Positions 11,538 to 22,658 are shown, counted from the first letter of the stretch. The stretch: DNA of 64,000 bases from an uncultured Planctomycetia bacterium (GCA_964527765.1 CAZGQR010000009.1:4579-68578); one strand, 5' to 3'. Notes: generated by a model not told the origin, from the letters alone. Translations and numbers: made by a program.

Positions 11538-14228
11538 CTACTCGATCGCTGCGAGGTTTTCCTTTAAATTCTCTACCTGTTCCCGGAACCTGTCCCTTTT
11601 CGCCTTTTCCTTCCGGACGACATCTTCGGGAGCTTTGTCCAGGAACGACTTGTTCGCGAGTTTCTTGTCTATGCCGCCGAGGTATCGCTCGAGATCTTCC
11701 ATCTTTTTGGCTATACGGGCCTTTTCCTTTTCCACATCAACGGTTCCGCCGAGGGGTATGAACAACTTTACTCCCCCGATCAGCGCCGCGACAGACTGAT
11801 CCGGCCTGGAGACATCTTTTCCAAGGGCGCTGATCTCGCAGCGGGCCAGCCGCTCGATATAAAGGGTATTCTCCTCCAGGAGGCGCTGATCCTCCCGGCT
11901 GCCGGCGCTCAAAAGGATACCCATCCGGACATCATGCCCGATGTTCCAGAACGCCCTGACATTGCGCACAGCGGTGATGATCCCGATCAATTTCTCCATA
12001 TTGCCGAGGGCTTCCGCGTCATCATGCTCCTTATCGGCCTCCGGCCAGTCAGCTGTCATTATCCACCTGGCCGGAGTGCCTGGTATCTTCTGCCAGATCT
12101 CCTCGGTTATGAACGGCATGAAGGGGTGCAAAAGACGCAAGGCCCCGGCGAGGACCTTCACCAGGACCTTCCGCGTCGTCTCCTTGTCATCCGAAAGCTT
12201 GGATATCTCCAGATACCAGTCGCAGTATTTATGCCATATAAAATCGTACAGCGCCGAGGCGGCATCGCTGAACCTGTAAACTTCAAGGCTTCTTGTGACT
12301 TTTTCCACCGTCCTGTTCAGGCTGCTCAGTATCCAGCGGTCCGCAAGGGTCAGTTTCCCCTTATCGATCCCGCCCCCCGGGGCCGATCCTTCAAGGTTCA
12401 TCAAAACGTACCGTGAAGCGTTCCATAGCTTGTTCGCGAAGTTCCGCCCCAGCTCAAACTTGTCCCTGGACAAAAAGACGTCCTGCCCCTGGCTGGTTAT
12501 GGAGATGATACTGAAACGCAACGCGTCGCTGCCCACATCCCCTATGATGTCAAGCGGGTCTATGACATTGCCGAGCGACTTGGACATCTTGGTCCCCGTG
12601 GAATCGCGCACCGTGCCGTGGATATAGACGTCCCTGAAAGGTATATCCTTCCGGAACTTCAGTCCCGCCATGATCATCCTGGCAACCCAGAAAAATATGA
12701 TCTCCTGCGCGGTGACCAGCGCGTCGGTGGGATAAAACACTTTCAGCTCTTTTGTCTTCTCCGGCCAGCCCAGCGTGGAGAAAGGCCACAGCCAGGAACT
12801 GAACCAGGTATCCAGGACGTCCGGATCCTGCTCCATATCCGTCCCTCCGCATGCCGGACATTTCTCCGGCGGTTCGGTACCGACGTACACTCCCCGCTTT
12901 TTCGGCCCGGTTATCTCGACATCACGGGCGTTCTCGTATTTCAGGCAATCCCTGCAATACCAGGCCGGTATGCGGTGCCCCCACCATATCTGGCGGGAGA
13001 TACACCAGTCACGGATATTTTCCATCCAGTTCAGGTACACCTTCGTCCATCGTTCGGGATAGAACTTGATCTTTCCGTCACGAACGACCTTGATGGCGTC
13101 TTTTGCAAGCGGTTTCATCTTCACGAACCATTGCCTGGAAAGGCGCGGCTCCACGACGGTATGACAGCGGTAGCAATGCCCGATAGCGTGCCCGTGTTCT
13201 TCCGCCCGGATAAAAAGCCGCCTTTGCTTCAGGTCTTCGACTATTGCCTCGCGGCATTCGAACCTGTCCATGCCCTCATAATCGCCGCCGAGCGCGTTTA
13301 TCCTGCCGTCGGGGTGCATCACATTTATATTTTCCAATCCGTGTTTTTTGCCGAGTTCGAAGTCCACGGGATCATGGGCCGGGGTGACCTTTAAAGCCCC
13401 CGTTCCGAATTCCGGGTCCACGTCCTCGTCGAATATCACCTGCAGTTCCCTTTTAAGGATGGGCAGGATCAGCTTCTTGCCCTTAAGATGCGAATACCGG
13501 GGGTCTTTCGGGTTGACCGCCACGGCCACGTCCCCGAGCATCGTCTCGGGGCGGGTGGTAGCCACCACGATGTAGTCCTCGCCTTCCTTTTCCAGTTTTT
13601 CTCGTCCCTTGACCGGGTATTTTACGTAATAGAGCATCCCTTCGACTTCGCGGTGCTCGGCTTCCTCGTCGCTGAGGGCCGTTCCGCAGTGCACGCACCA
13701 GTTGATGATATAGTCGCCTTTGTAGAGCAGGCCGTCCTCATATAAACGCACGAAAACTTCCCTGACCGCGTTTGAAAGGCCTTCGTCCATGGTAAAACGC
13801 GTGCGTTCCCAGTCGCAGGAGCACCCCATCCTTTTCAGCTGGTGTATGATGGTGCTGCCGTATTCCTCCCTCCACTGCCATACTTTTTCCAAAAATTCCT
13901 CCCGGCCCATTTCCGACCTCTTAAGCCCTTTCGCGGCGATCTCCCGCTCGACGACATTCTGGGTCGCTATGCCGGCGTGGTCGGTCCCGGGCATCCAGAG
14001 CGTATTGAAACCCTGCATGCGTCTCCACCTGATAAGTATGTCCTGGAGGGTGTTGTTGAGGGCATGCCCCATGTGAAGTATACCCGTGATGTTGGGAGGA
14101 GGGATCACTATGCAGTAAGGCGCTCGGCTGCTGTTCTCATCGGCGCGGAAGAGCTTTTCCGATGACCACGAGTTATAGATCTCCTCTTCCTTTTTCTGGG
14201 GATCGTACCTGGTAGGGATCTCTTTCAT
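11538..14228 (-). CDS. valS: valine--tRNA ligase
   Basis: 896 aa. Class I HIGH (HMGHALNN) and KMSKS (KMSKSLGN) motifs, C-terminal coiled-coil. Confidence 0.95.
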   Translation of the reverse strand: MKEIPTRYDPQKKEEEIYNSWSSEKLFRADENSSRAPYCIVIPPPNITGILHMGHALNNTLQDILIRWRRMQGFNTLWMPGTDHAGIATQNVVEREIAAKGLKRSEMGREEFLEKVWQWREEYGSTIIHQLKRMGCSCDWERTRFTMDEGLSNAVREVFVRLYEDGLLYKGDYIINWCVHCGTALSDEEAEHREVEGMLYYVKYPVKGREKLEKEGEDYIVVATTRPETMLGDVAVAVNPKDPRYSHLKGKKLILPILKRELQVIFDEDVDPEFGTGALKVTPAHDPVDFELGKKHGLENINVMHPDGRINALGGDYEGMDRFECREAIVEDLKQRRLFIRAEEHGHAIGHCYRCHTVVEPRLSRQWFVKMKPLAKDAIKVVRDGKIKFYPERWTKVYLNWMENIRDWCISRQIWWGHRIPAWYCRDCLKYENARDVEITGPKKRGVYVGTEPPEKCPACGGTDMEQDPDVLDTWFSSWLWPFSTLGWPEKTKELKVFYPTDALVTAQEIIFFWVARMIMAGLKFRKDIPFRDVYIHGTVRDSTGTKMSKSLGNVIDPLDIIGDVGSDALRFSIISITSQGQDVFLSRDKFELGRNFANKLWNASRYVLMNLEGSAPGGGIDKGKLTLADRWILSSLNRTVEKVTRSLEVYRFSDAASALYDFIWHKYCDWYLEISKLSDDKETTRKVLVKVLAGALRLLHPFMPFITEEIWQKIPGTPARWIMTADWPEADKEHDDAEALGNMEKLIGIITAVRNVRAFWNIGHDVRMGILLSAGSREDQRLLEENTLYIERLARCEISALGKDVSRPDQSVAALIGGVKLFIPLGGTVDVEKEKARIAKKMEDLERYLGGIDKKLANKSFLDKAPEDVVRKEKAKRDRFREQVENLKENLAAIE

Positions 14229-15826
14229 CTGCGTTTCTTTTTCTTCGGCCTTTTTTCGTCCTTCACGAATTTGTATTCGATGGAATCCTTGAGGGCAAGC
14301 CAGCTCGCTTCAATGACGTTCTCGGAAACACCGACCGTCCACCATGAGTCGGTCGCGTCCTGGGACTGGATAAGGACGCGGACTTTGGCGGCGGTGCCCG
14401 CTTTCTCGTCCAGGACCCTGACCCTGAAATCCGACAGGTGCATCTCGTTCAAAGACGGGTAGAACGCTGTCAGGGCCTTGCGGAGGGCCTGGTCCATGGC
14501 GTGGACAGGGCCGTCGCCCAGTGAAACGGTATGTTTCAACCTGTCGCCGATCTTGAGTTTTATCGTGGCTTCCGAAATGATGGGACCGTCGCCCCGCTTT
14601 TCGACGATGACCCTGAGATCCTTCATCTCGAAATGTTCCTTGAAGATCCTTGAGGCCCGATTCATCAAAAGCATGAGCGATGCCTCGGCCAGCTCGAACT
14701 GGAAGCCTTCTTTCTCCATGTCCTGCACGCGCGAAAGGATGTCCCTGGCCTTGTCGGATTTTTTCCTGATCCTGAACCCGATCTCCCTGGCCTTCTCTAT
14801 TATGCTTGACTTCCCGGAAAGCTCTGAGATAAGCATCCTCCGCCTGTTCCCGACCTTTTCCGGCTCTATATGCTCGTAGGTCCTCGGGTTCTTCAGTATC
14901 GCATTGACGTGGACGCCCGCTTTATGGGCAAAAGCGCTCCTGCCGACATACGGCTGCGTGTCCCGCTGTTTCACGTTGGAGATCTCCGCGATATACCTTG
15001 ACGCCTCGGTAAGTTCCTTGAACTCGATATTGGTAAGACAATCCAGGCCCATTTTAAACTTCAGGGTGGGCAGGATCGACACGAGGTCCGCGTTGCCGCA
15101 TCTCTCGCCGTAACCGTTAAACGTTCCCTGGACATGCGTGCACCCCGCCTGCACGGCGGCAATGGAGTTGGCCACGGCCATGTCGGCGTCGTTGTGAACG
15201 TGGATACCGAGCGGTTTTTTTATCTTTTCCGCCACTTCCTCGACGATCTCGAAGATCTGGCTGGTAAGCGTGCCCCCGTTCGTATCGCAGAGTACCAGGG
15301 TCCCTGCGCCGCCGTCAAGGGCCGCTTTAAGGGTCTCCATGGCATATTCGGGATTGTCCTTGTACCCGTCGAAAAAATGCTCGGCGTCAAAGATCACGCG
15401 CCGGCCCTTTTTTCTCAGGTACCTGACGGAATCCTCGATCATCCTGAGGTTCTCCCTCAGCGTGGTCTTCAGGACGGTCCTCACGTGCAGGTCCCAGCTT
15501 TTCCCGAATATCGTCAGGTATTTCGTTTTCGCCTTCAAGAGGCCTTCTATAACGGGATCCGAGGCCGTTCTCGCGCCCGCGCGCCGCGTGCTGCCGAACG
15601 CCACGAGTTTGGAATTCTTCAGTTTCAGGGACCTGGCCGCTTCCCTGAAGAACTCGTCATCCTTGGGATTTGAGCCGGGCCAACCGCCCTCGATAAAATC
15701 GATGGTCAGTTCGTCCAGTTTCCGGGCTATCCGGATCTTATCCTTGACCGAAAAGGATATCCCTTCCGACTGCGCCCCGTCCCTTAAAGTCGTGTCGTAG
15801 ATCTCGACTTTTTTCTTGTTTTTCAT
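14225..15826 (-). CDS. cimA: (R)-citramalate synthase, LeuA-family (Geobacter-type CimA)
   Basis: [20 protein letters not shown]...[12 protein letters not shown] matches the LeuA-related citramalate synthase subgroup. Start reassigned to ATG 15826 ([11 protein letters not shown]), a 4-nt overlap with lysC. Confidence 0.65.
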   Translation of the reverse strand: MKNKKKVEIYDTTLRDGAQSEGISFSVKDKIRIARKLDELTIDFIEGGWPGSNPKDDEFFREAARSLKLKNSKLVAFGSTRRAGARTASDPVIEGLLKAKTKYLTIFGKSWDLHVRTVLKTTLRENLRMIEDSVRYLRKKGRRVIFDAEHFFDGYKDNPEYAMETLKAALDGGAGTLVLCDTNGGTLTSQIFEIVEEVAEKIKKPLGIHVHNDADMAVANSIAAVQAGCTHVQGTFNGYGERCGNADLVSILPTLKFKMGLDCLTNIEFKELTEASRYIAEISNVKQRDTQPYVGRSAFAHKAGVHVNAILKNPRTYEHIEPEKVGNRRRMLISELSGKSSIIEKAREIGFRIRKKSDKARDILSRVQDMEKEGFQFELAEASLMLLMNRASRIFKEHFEMKDLRVIVEKRGDGPIISEATIKLKIGDRLKHTVSLGDGPVHAMDQALRKALTAFYPSLNEMHLSDFRVRVLDEKAGTAAKVRVLIQSQDATDSWWTVGVSENVIEASWLALKDSIEYKFVKDEKRPKKKKRR

Positions 15827-17067
15827 TTTGACCTCTTTTTCGTCTTTTTTCCGAGCCCGAACGCCTTGTGAACGATCTTCGCGGCCTCTTCGGCATGTCT
15901 CCTGGCAATGACACACGATATCTTGATCTCGCTGGTAGATATCATGCCGATATTTATCTTTTTTGAAGCGAGCGCGCTGAACATCCTCGCCGCGACCCCC
16001 GAATGGCTGCGCATGCCTATCCCCACGACCGATACCTTGGCGATATTTTTATCATACCTGACCCCCTTGGCCCCGATCTCCTTAACGATTCTTTTCATCA
16101 CGTCATGGGCCCTGCTCAGGTCCTTTTTATCCACGGTAAAAGAGATATCCGTCGCCTTCGTCCGGGATATGTTCTGTATGATCATATCCACGTTGATATC
16201 GGCTTTCGCCAGCTGCTCGAACAGTCTGCTGGCTTCTCCCGGCCGGTCCGGAACATCGCACACCGTGACTTTCGCTTCATCCTTGTTCACGGTAACATTA
16301 CGCACCAAGACCTCTTCCATAGCTTTGACCTCCTTGGTTATCAAAGTCCCGTCCTCGTAAGAAAAACTTGACCGCACATGCATCGGAACGTTGAACTTGC
16401 CGGCGACTTCCACGCTTCTTGCCTGCATGACCTGGGCGCCGAGTGACGCCATCTCGAGCATTTCCTCATAACTCACGCTGTTCAGCTTGCGCGCGTCCCG
16501 GACTATCCTAGGGTCGGCCGTATAAACGCCTTTGACGTCAGTGTAGATCTCACACATCTCCGCCTTCAGGGCCTTTGCCAGCGCCACGGCCGTTATGTCC
16601 GATCCCCCCCTTCCAAGGGTAGTGATCTCCTGGTCCAGGTTCATGCCCTGGAACCCGGCGACGATGACTATCCTGCCTCTATCAAGTTCTTTTTTGACCC
16701 TGCTCGTACCGACGTCTATTATCCTTGCCTTCGTGTGGGACGAATCGGTGATTATGCCCACCTGGGCGCCGGTGAAAGAAATGGCCTCCTGTCCGAGTTT
16801 ATGCAAAGCCATGGCCAGAAGCGCGACCGATATCTGCTCCCCGGTCGACATGAGCATATCAAGCTCTCTCTCCGCCGGTCTTTTGTTGATCCCGTGGGCA
16901 AGGTCCAATAGCTCATCGGTCGTATCGCCCAGCGCCGAGACCACGACGACCACGTCATATCCGTTCTTCTTGCAGGCGGTGACCCTCCTGGCCACTCCCC
17001 TGATCCTCTTCGGGTTAGCCACGCTGGTCCCGCCGTATTTCTGAACTATGATCCCTTTTTTAGCCAT
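15823..17067 (-). CDS. lysC: aspartate kinase (with C-terminal ACT domains)
   Basis: 414 aa. [16 protein letters not shown] amino-acid-kinase N-terminus, tandem ACT region at C-terminus. Confidence 0.9.
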   Translation of the reverse strand: MAKKGIIVQKYGGTSVANPKRIRGVARRVTACKKNGYDVVVVVSALGDTTDELLDLAHGINKRPAERELDMLMSTGEQISVALLAMALHKLGQEAISFTGAQVGIITDSSHTKARIIDVGTSRVKKELDRGRIVIVAGFQGMNLDQEITTLGRGGSDITAVALAKALKAEMCEIYTDVKGVYTADPRIVRDARKLNSVSYEEMLEMASLGAQVMQARSVEVAGKFNVPMHVRSSFSYEDGTLITKEVKAMEEVLVRNVTVNKDEAKVTVCDVPDRPGEASRLFEQLAKADINVDMIIQNISRTKATDISFTVDKKDLSRAHDVMKRIVKEIGAKGVRYDKNIAKVSVVGIGMRSHSGVAARMFSALASKKINIGMISTSEIKISCVIARRHAEEAAKIVHKAFGLGKKTKKRSK

Positions 17068-18265
17068 TCCCGCCCCTCAATAAGATCCTCATGAGCTCCG
17101 ATCCCTGGACCAATCCCATGCTGCCGGCCTTCGCCGACTTTTCAGTGAACACCGCGACATCATCAGGACTGATCCCCTTGCCGGCTATCGCAAAAGGCAC
17201 CGGATCCGCCGTGTGCGTCCTTTTCTTTATCGGCGTGGGGTGATCCGGCAGGATCAGGACCCTGTAATCGCATCTTTCGGAAAGTTCTTCAATGATCCTG
17301 CCCGTTATCTTGCTGTCAAAGTTCTCTATCGCCTTTATTTTTTCCATGATGTCCCCGTTATGCCCCGCCTCGTCAGGGGCTTCAACGTGGACAAAGACCA
17401 TGTCTTTCTTTTTGAGTATATCAAGCGCCGCTTCCGCCTTGCCTTCGTAATTCGTATCGTAATACCCGGTCGCTCCGGGGACTTCGGCGACCTCGAGTCC
17501 CAGCACACGCCCCAGTCCCTTGAGCAGGTCCACCGCGGATATTATACCTCCGGAAATACCGTAGGCGTCCTCGAATCCGGGTATGTCGGGTTTTTTGCCC
17601 TGGCCCCAGATCCATATCATGTTGGCGGGATTCTGCCCCAGGTCGACCCGCACCTTGTTGATGTCAATATCCCTCAGTATCCCCTTTGACCGCTCCATGA
17701 GCTCGACAAGCCGGGGTTCTTTCGGCAGGTGCCCGGAAATGGACTTATCCAGTATGTCATGCGGCGGATAGCACGGTACTTTCGACAACCTGTCCGCTTC
17801 TTCCGCAGAATCGCAATGCACCACCAGCAGATTGCGGTAACTCGTCCCCGTATAGAAACTGAACCTTTCGCTGCCAAGTTCCCTGTTCAGCAGATCTACC
17901 AGAACAGCCGCCTCTTTTGTCGTGATATGGCCGGCGCTGTAATCAAGCATCTTGCCGTCGGACACGGTCACCGTATTGAACCGGAAGGCCACGTCGCGTT
18001 CGGTAAGGTCCACGCCGAGATTGGCGGCTTCCAGAGGGCCGCGCCCGCAGTAATATTTCCGCGGGTCATACCCAAGTATGGAAAGGTTGGCCACGTCGCT
18101 TGCGGGCGTCATTCCCCTGGGAACGTTCTTCGCCATGCCCACTACGCCTTTTCTTGCGATCATGTCCATGTTCGGCGCTTTAGCCGCTTCCATGCAGGTG
18201 CGGTCATTGATCTCCTCAAGAGGTAAGCCCGCCATACCGTCAGGCACGAGCACAATATACTTCAT
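17060..18265 (-). CDS. archaeal-type cofactor-independent phosphoglycerate mutase homolog (AP superfamily, COG3635). Probable non-orthologous homoserine kinase
   Basis: 401 aa with ApgM-family sequence ([13 protein letters not shown]..., metal-ligand [10 protein letters not shown]). Sits exactly in the thrB slot between thrC and lysC with 4- and 8-nt overlaps. No canonical GHMP-kinase thrB in the cluster. Confidence 0.8.
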   Translation of the reverse strand: MKYIVLVPDGMAGLPLEEINDRTCMEAAKAPNMDMIARKGVVGMAKNVPRGMTPASDVANLSILGYDPRKYYCGRGPLEAANLGVDLTERDVAFRFNTVTVSDGKMLDYSAGHITTKEAAVLVDLLNRELGSERFSFYTGTSYRNLLVVHCDSAEEADRLSKVPCYPPHDILDKSISGHLPKEPRLVELMERSKGILRDIDINKVRVDLGQNPANMIWIWGQGKKPDIPGFEDAYGISGGIISAVDLLKGLGRVLGLEVAEVPGATGYYDTNYEGKAEAALDILKKKDMVFVHVEAPDEAGHNGDIMEKIKAIENFDSKITGRIIEELSERCDYRVLILPDHPTPIKKRTHTADPVPFAIAGKGISPDDVAVFTEKSAKAGSMGLVQGSELMRILLRGGNG

Positions 18266-18267
18266 AT

Positions 18268-19329
18268 CTATAAACCAGCCTCCCTCACCACATCTTCAAG
18301 TTTCGCATCCACCACAACGGGGTGCTTTACGCATTTAATGGCCCTGTCAGGGTCTTTCAAGCCGTGTCCGGTCAGCACACAGACGATATCTTTCTCATGA
18401 CCCGGCTCGCAGGGCGGAAAATATCCTTCTCCTGCCTTTTTTAAAATACCCGCTACACCGGCAGCGGACGCCGGTTCGGCGAATATCCCTACCTTGCCGG
18501 CCAGCAATTTGTAAGCGTCTATTATCTCATCATCGGTGACCTTTTCTATGAGTCCCCCTGATTCATCCCGGGCGGCTTCGGCCTGTTTCCAGCTTGCCGG
18601 GTTGCCTATCCTTATGGCGGTAGCGATCGTCTCAGGATCTTTTATCACGCGTTTCTCCACTATGGGAGCCGCCCCGGCCGCCTGAAAACCCAGCATCTTC
18701 GGCAGTTTGTCCGTCTTGCCCTTTTCCTTGTATTCCCGGTACCCTTTCCAGTAAGCAGTAATATTCCCCGCATTACCCACAGGCAGAGCATGATAGTCGG
18801 GCGCGTGCCCCAGGCGGTCACAGATCTCAAAAGAAGCGGTCTTCTGCCCTTCTATCCTGTAGGGGTTGATCGAATTGACAAGCGTTACCGGATATTTCTC
18901 GGTCAATTCACAAACTATTTTCAGGGCGTCGTCAAAATTCCCCTTGATGGCTATCACCTTCGCGCCGTGTATAAGCGCCTGGGCCAGCTTGCCGAGAGCT
19001 ATCGCCCCCTCGGGAATGACCACGATACATTTTATCTTTGCCCTTGCCGCGTATGCCGCCGCTGAAGCGGAAGTATTTCCGGTGGACGCGCAAGCCACGG
19101 CGCCTGAGCCTTCCTCCACGGCCTTGGAAACAGCCATCGTCATGCCCCTGTCCTTAAAACTGCTCGTGGGATTAAGCCCCTCATATTTTAACCACACGTT
19201 GTAGCCGGGCCCTATGATCTCCGCGATAGGGTCAGCCTTGATGAGCGGCGTATCCCCTTCCTGCAGGGTGATCACGGGTGTTTTCCCGTTCACGGGAAGA
19301 TGTTCCTTATAGTGTTCGATAACCCCCAT
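18268..19329 (-). CDS. thrC: threonine synthase
   Basis: 353 aa, PLP-lysine motif SFKDRG. Confidence 0.9.
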   Translation of the reverse strand: MGVIEHYKEHLPVNGKTPVITLQEGDTPLIKADPIAEIIGPGYNVWLKYEGLNPTSSFKDRGMTMAVSKAVEEGSGAVACASTGNTSASAAAYAARAKIKCIVVIPEGAIALGKLAQALIHGAKVIAIKGNFDDALKIVCELTEKYPVTLVNSINPYRIEGQKTASFEICDRLGHAPDYHALPVGNAGNITAYWKGYREYKEKGKTDKLPKMLGFQAAGAAPIVEKRVIKDPETIATAIRIGNPASWKQAEAARDESGGLIEKVTDDEIIDAYKLLAGKVGIFAEPASAAGVAGILKKAGEGYFPPCEPGHEKDIVCVLTGHGLKDPDRAIKCVKHPVVVDAKLEDVVREAGL

Positions 19330-19349
19330 TTTTCTCCTTCGCCTAAGCG

Positions 19350-20660
19350 CTACTCTTCCTCTTCTTCTATCCTGATGGCCACGGTTCTATCGGTCACGCA
19401 TTCCAGCTTATCTATCTTGGTAATGGCCTTGCGCATGCTGCCTTCCCTGGCCTCATGGGTCAGTATTATGACGGGGACCCTCTCCCCTTCCTTGCGTTCT
19501 TCCTGTGAAACGCTGGCGATACTGATCTCGTTCTCCGCAAGGACCGAAGATATGCTCGCCAGGACGCCGGGCTTATCGATAACGGAGAATCTCAGGTAAT
19601 AAGGGACCGACAGTTCCTCTATCTTGCTGATTTTTTTGCTTTCCACGGCATAGTCCAGCTTATACGGCATGGGATTGTTGGCGCCGATAAATGCAACGTG
19701 CCTGGCGATCTCAACAATATCCCCGACAACGGAGCTTGCGGCTGGTTCCTTGCCGGCGCCCTTGCCGAAAAGAAGGGACTCTCCCGCGAGATCACCTTTG
19801 ACGAAAATAGCGTTATCCGCTCCTTTTACATCCGAAAGAAGGTGGCTCGACCGGAGCAGAGTAGGATGAACCCTGAGCTGTAATCCGTCAGGCGCATTTT
19901 TTGCGATAGCGAGAAGTTTGACGCTGTAACCCCAGCGGCTCGCGTTCTGTATATCCTGCGGCCCTATACCGGCGATCCCTTCAGTATAAATATCATCGAG
20001 AGAAACATCCACCCCAAAACCCAGGAGTGAAAGTATGGCCAGTTTATGGGCACTGTCTTTGCCGCTTATATCGAGTTTCGGGTCTTTTTCGGCAAGACCT
20101 ACTTCCTGCGCGATCTTGAGCGCCTCGTCAAACATACATCCGCGGTCCTCCATCATGGTCAGTATAAAATTCGTAGTTCCGTTCAGGATGCCGTAGATTA
20201 TATTGATGTTATTCCCCACAAGACTTTCGCATAAAGTCCTGATAATAGGTATGGCTCCGCCCACGCTGGCTTCAAATCTTATGAACACCCCGTTATCGTG
20301 CGCGGCGGCGAAAACATCTTTCCAGTGCTCGGAAAGCAATGCCTTGTTCGCGGTCACGACATGCTTCCTGTTCTGCAGGGCCTTTAATATGATGTCCTTT
20401 GCCGGGTGCACCCCGCCGATAAGTTCGACGATGATGTCGATATCCTTGTCCTTGATCAGGTCTTCCGCGGAAGTGGTTTTTATGATATCTTCCCGGCAGT
20501 TGATGCTGTTCAACAATTTCTTGTCCTTATCACATATCCCCATGATCCGAACAGAAACACCGGTTCTCCGGGCGATCAGCTGGCCGTTGTCCGTGATGGC
20601 ATCAAGAACGCCTCTTCCGACGGTACCCAATCCAATCAGTCCGATATTTACAGTTTTCAT
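19350..20660 (-). CDS. hom: homoserine dehydrogenase with C-terminal ACT domain
   Basis: [21 protein letters not shown]-binding N-terminus. Start set to ATG 20660. The ORF-track extension to 20780 would run into the tRNA-Pro gene and a structured leader. Confidence 0.85.
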   Translation of the reverse strand: MKTVNIGLIGLGTVGRGVLDAITDNGQLIARRTGVSVRIMGICDKDKKLLNSINCREDIIKTTSAEDLIKDKDIDIIVELIGGVHPAKDIILKALQNRKHVVTANKALLSEHWKDVFAAAHDNGVFIRFEASVGGAIPIIRTLCESLVGNNINIIYGILNGTTNFILTMMEDRGCMFDEALKIAQEVGLAEKDPKLDISGKDSAHKLAILSLLGFGVDVSLDDIYTEGIAGIGPQDIQNASRWGYSVKLLAIAKNAPDGLQLRVHPTLLRSSHLLSDVKGADNAIFVKGDLAGESLLFGKGAGKEPAASSVVGDIVEIARHVAFIGANNPMPYKLDYAVESKKISKIEELSVPYYLRFSVIDKPGVLASISSVLAENEISIASVSQEERKEGERVPVIILTHEAREGSMRKAITKIDKLECVTDRTVAIRIEEEEE

Positions 20661-20785
20661 CTTATCCCCATTCGCGTAATAGTCGTTTACCTTGCTCCTA
20701 CCAGGGGGCCCCTCCGCCCGGTGTGGATCCTCCCTGTACGGAGCATGGTAAACGACTTTCATGCGCCATGCGCCGTACAAAAGAA

Positions 20786-20864
20786 TGGTCGGGACGGCCG
20801 GATTCGAACCGGCGACCCCTAGTCCCCCAGACTAGTGCGCTAAACCAGACTGCGCTACGTCCCG
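20786..20864 (-). tRNA. tRNA-Pro (anticodon GGG)
   Basis: Minus-strand sequence CGGGACGTAGCGCAGTCTGGTTTAGCGCACTAGTCTGGGGGACTAGGGGTCGCCGGTTCGAATCCGGCCGTCCCGACCA folds as a cloverleaf: 7-bp acceptor, D-arm GCGC/GCGC, anticodon stem CTAGT/ACTAG with loop CUGGGGG (U33, G34G35G36, G37), T-arm GCCGG-TTCGAAT-CCGGC, encoded CCA. Confidence 0.85.
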
Positions 20865-20865
20865 A

Positions 20866-21852
20866 TTATTCGTAATCTTCTTCCTTCGGACTGCGTGTCA
20901 TGAGTTCACTGACCGCAGCGCCGGGATCTTTGCCCTTGTAAAGAACCTCGTATACTTTCTGGGTTATGGGCATCTCAACGCCGTATTTCTTCGCGAGCTC
21001 ATGGGCCGACTTGCAGGTATCCAAACCCTCCACGACCATTTCCGTCCCGGCCAGGATCTCGTCGATATTCCCGCCCTTGCCGACCTCGGTCCCGAACCAG
21101 CGATTCCTGCTGTGAGCGCTGATACAGGTGGTCGCCAGATCCCCCAGGCCGCTAAGGCCCCTGAATGTCGATCTCTCGGCTCCCATTTTTACTCCAAGCC
21201 GGGTTATCTCGGCAAGGCCTCTGGTCAGGATCGCGGCTTTGGAATTTGTCCCGAAACCGAGGCCATCGGAGATACCCGCGGCTATCGCGATTATATTCTT
21301 TAAAGCGCCCCCCATTTCGACGCCGGTAACATCTCCTGAAGTATATACCCGGAAACGTTCGGTCATCAGGAAGTCCCGGACCTCTTTCTTCCATTCACCG
21401 TCACCGGCAACAACCACCGCCGTGGGAACATTGCGCGCGACTTCAAACGATATGCTCGGCCCGGATATAACGCCGATCCGGCTGTTCCGGAAGTATTCAG
21501 CCAGTATCTCCGAGGGGCGTTTCAGGGAACCGGTCTCTATCCCTTTGGTAGCGCTGACAATATAAATAAAATCAGCGCCAGTGAACCTGTCGAGAACCGA
21601 ACGTAAATACTTGCAGGGAACGGCGAAAAGAGCGTATTCCGCTTCCTTAACCGCCGCGTCATCGGATGTTATCTTTAGATCGCGGGGCAAAGAAACCCCT
21701 TCAAGAAACTTGGTATTTTCCCTGCGCCTGTCAAGATGCTCGGCATATTCCGGAGAATAGCTCCAGAGGGTAGTATCTACCCCCTTGGAGTGCAGCAGGA
21801 GAGCCAACGCGGTCCCCCAGCCACCGTCCCCTATAACGCTTACTTTGCTCAT
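20866..21852 (-). CDS. gpsA: NAD(P)H-dependent glycerol-3-phosphate dehydrogenase
   Basis: 328 aa. MSKVSVIGDGGWGTALA Rossmann N-terminus, GpsA family throughout. Confidence 0.9.
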   Translation of the reverse strand: MSKVSVIGDGGWGTALALLLHSKGVDTTLWSYSPEYAEHLDRRRENTKFLEGVSLPRDLKITSDDAAVKEAEYALFAVPCKYLRSVLDRFTGADFIYIVSATKGIETGSLKRPSEILAEYFRNSRIGVISGPSISFEVARNVPTAVVVAGDGEWKKEVRDFLMTERFRVYTSGDVTGVEMGGALKNIIAIAAGISDGLGFGTNSKAAILTRGLAEITRLGVKMGAERSTFRGLSGLGDLATTCISAHSRNRWFGTEVGKGGNIDEILAGTEMVVEGLDTCKSAHELAKKYGVEMPITQKVYEVLYKGKDPGAAVSELMTRSPKEEDYE

Positions 21853-21864
21853 AATAACTCACAA

Positions 21865-21893
21865 AGTTTAGCATATATGATATTCATAGTCAA
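21865..21893 (-). promoter_or_regulatory. candidate sigma70-type promoter for gpsA
   Basis: On minus strand TTGACT (rc of 21888-21893), 17-nt spacer, TAAACT (rc of 21865-21870), ~12 nt before the gpsA ATG. Sequence pattern only. Confidence 0.35.
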
Positions 21894-21980
21894 TAACATT
21901 ACCTAATATGCATACCGGCTGGGAGGGGCTCCGGGCCTTAATTTAGGGAACGGGTATAAAGCTGAATTCGCGAACGGGTC

Positions 21981-22020
21981 AAATATAAAAAAAGGGGCGG
22001 CGTTAGCCGCCCCTTTTCAG
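21981..22020 (-). terminator. Rho-independent terminator (bidirectional architecture)
   Basis: GGGGCGGC-GTTA-GCCGCCCC perfect 8-bp GC stem (21994-22013). On the minus strand it is followed by TTTTTTTATATTT, on the plus strand by TTTT. Lies just downstream of the minus-strand orphan genes. Confidence 0.7.
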
Positions 22021-22057
22021 TGTGGAGGTAAGGGCTGCCACACGGCAGCCCCGGGAG

Positions 22058-22171
22058 TTAATGCCTCATCATTACTTCAAGTAAGAACATCTGGGCCTTA
22101 AGGAGATTGAGCTTCCATAAAGCCGCCATGATCATGACAACATGTACCATCCTGCCTGGTTGAATGTTCAT
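22058..22171 (-). CDS. hypothetical 37-aa Met-rich hydrophobic peptide (MNIQPGRMVHVVMIMAALWKLNLLKAQMFLLEVMMRH)
   Basis: Manual translation. GGAG 6 nt upstream of ATG (22169-22171). Starts 22 nt after the 116-aa orphan stop. Followed by hairpin GGCTGCC-ACAC-GGCAGCC (22033-22050) and the strong terminator. Too short to score by composition. Confidence 0.25.
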   Translation of the reverse strand: MNIQPGRMVHVVMIMAALWKLNLLKAQMFLLEVMMRH

Positions 22172-22192
22172 CTTTCGCTCCTTTAAAGATCT

Positions 22193-22543
22193 TTAACCGT
22201 CTATCTGGATCCTCAGTTCATTGACATATACGATCTTATAGACCGTCTTTCCCCAGATAACAAAAAAATCACCGAGCACCTTGCAGATAATCTTATTCTC
22301 TCCGCTTTGCGTGTCAGCCTGCCTGAGGATATGACAATCCTTCCTGCAGCTGTTCCTGCTCTCCGCGCGCATCCAGTTCCTGAGCTCCTCTCCGTTCTTG
22401 GAACTGAACTTTTCTTTTATGAAATACTTGCATATCCACTTCCTGGCGACCCTTGCCTCCGTGCGGTCGCTGATCTCCTCCAGGGATATTTCGCGTTTAC
22501 GCGGATTATTTCCAAGTATGTCGCGATAATAAAGCTTTTTCAT
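22193..22543 (-). CDS. hypothetical protein, 116 aa, no recognisable family (orphan in AT-richer island)
   Basis: ORF with GAGG RBS 5 nt before ATG, own candidate promoter (TTGCAA-16-TATACT at 22631-22658) and downstream terminator. Four Cys, basic. Inserted between plsY and gpsA. Confidence 0.5.
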   Translation of the reverse strand: MKKLYYRDILGNNPRKREISLEEISDRTEARVARKWICKYFIKEKFSSKNGEELRNWMRAESRNSCRKDCHILRQADTQSGENKIICKVLGDFFVIWGKTVYKIVYVNELRIQIDG

Positions 22544-22630
22544 TAAAACCTCATTGTTTAGACTTTTTAAATGTCTTTAATAAGGTCTGTAAAAAAATTT
22601 CTTTCCCTTTTTAAAATACTAACAAATAAT

Positions 22631-22658
22631 AGTATACTCCATTCTTATTAAATTGCAA
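22631..22658 (-). promoter_or_regulatory. candidate promoter for the 116-aa orphan gene
   Basis: Minus strand TTGCAA (22653-22658), 16 nt, TATACT (rc of 22631-22636), in a very AT-rich 120-bp intergenic stretch. Confidence 0.3.

Noticed and set aside
20661-20780. hom ORF as reported (19350..20780) overlapping the tRNA-Pro gene
   Set aside because: The 5' 40 codons would overlap a cloverleaf tRNA and a structured leader. The conserved NAD-binding N-terminus [12 protein letters not shown] begins at the ATG at 20660.
22307-22546. 79-aa plus-strand ORF in the plsY-gpsA island
   Set aside because: Antisense to the better-supported 116-aa minus-strand ORF, which has RBS, promoter and terminator in the right orientation. 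No start context.
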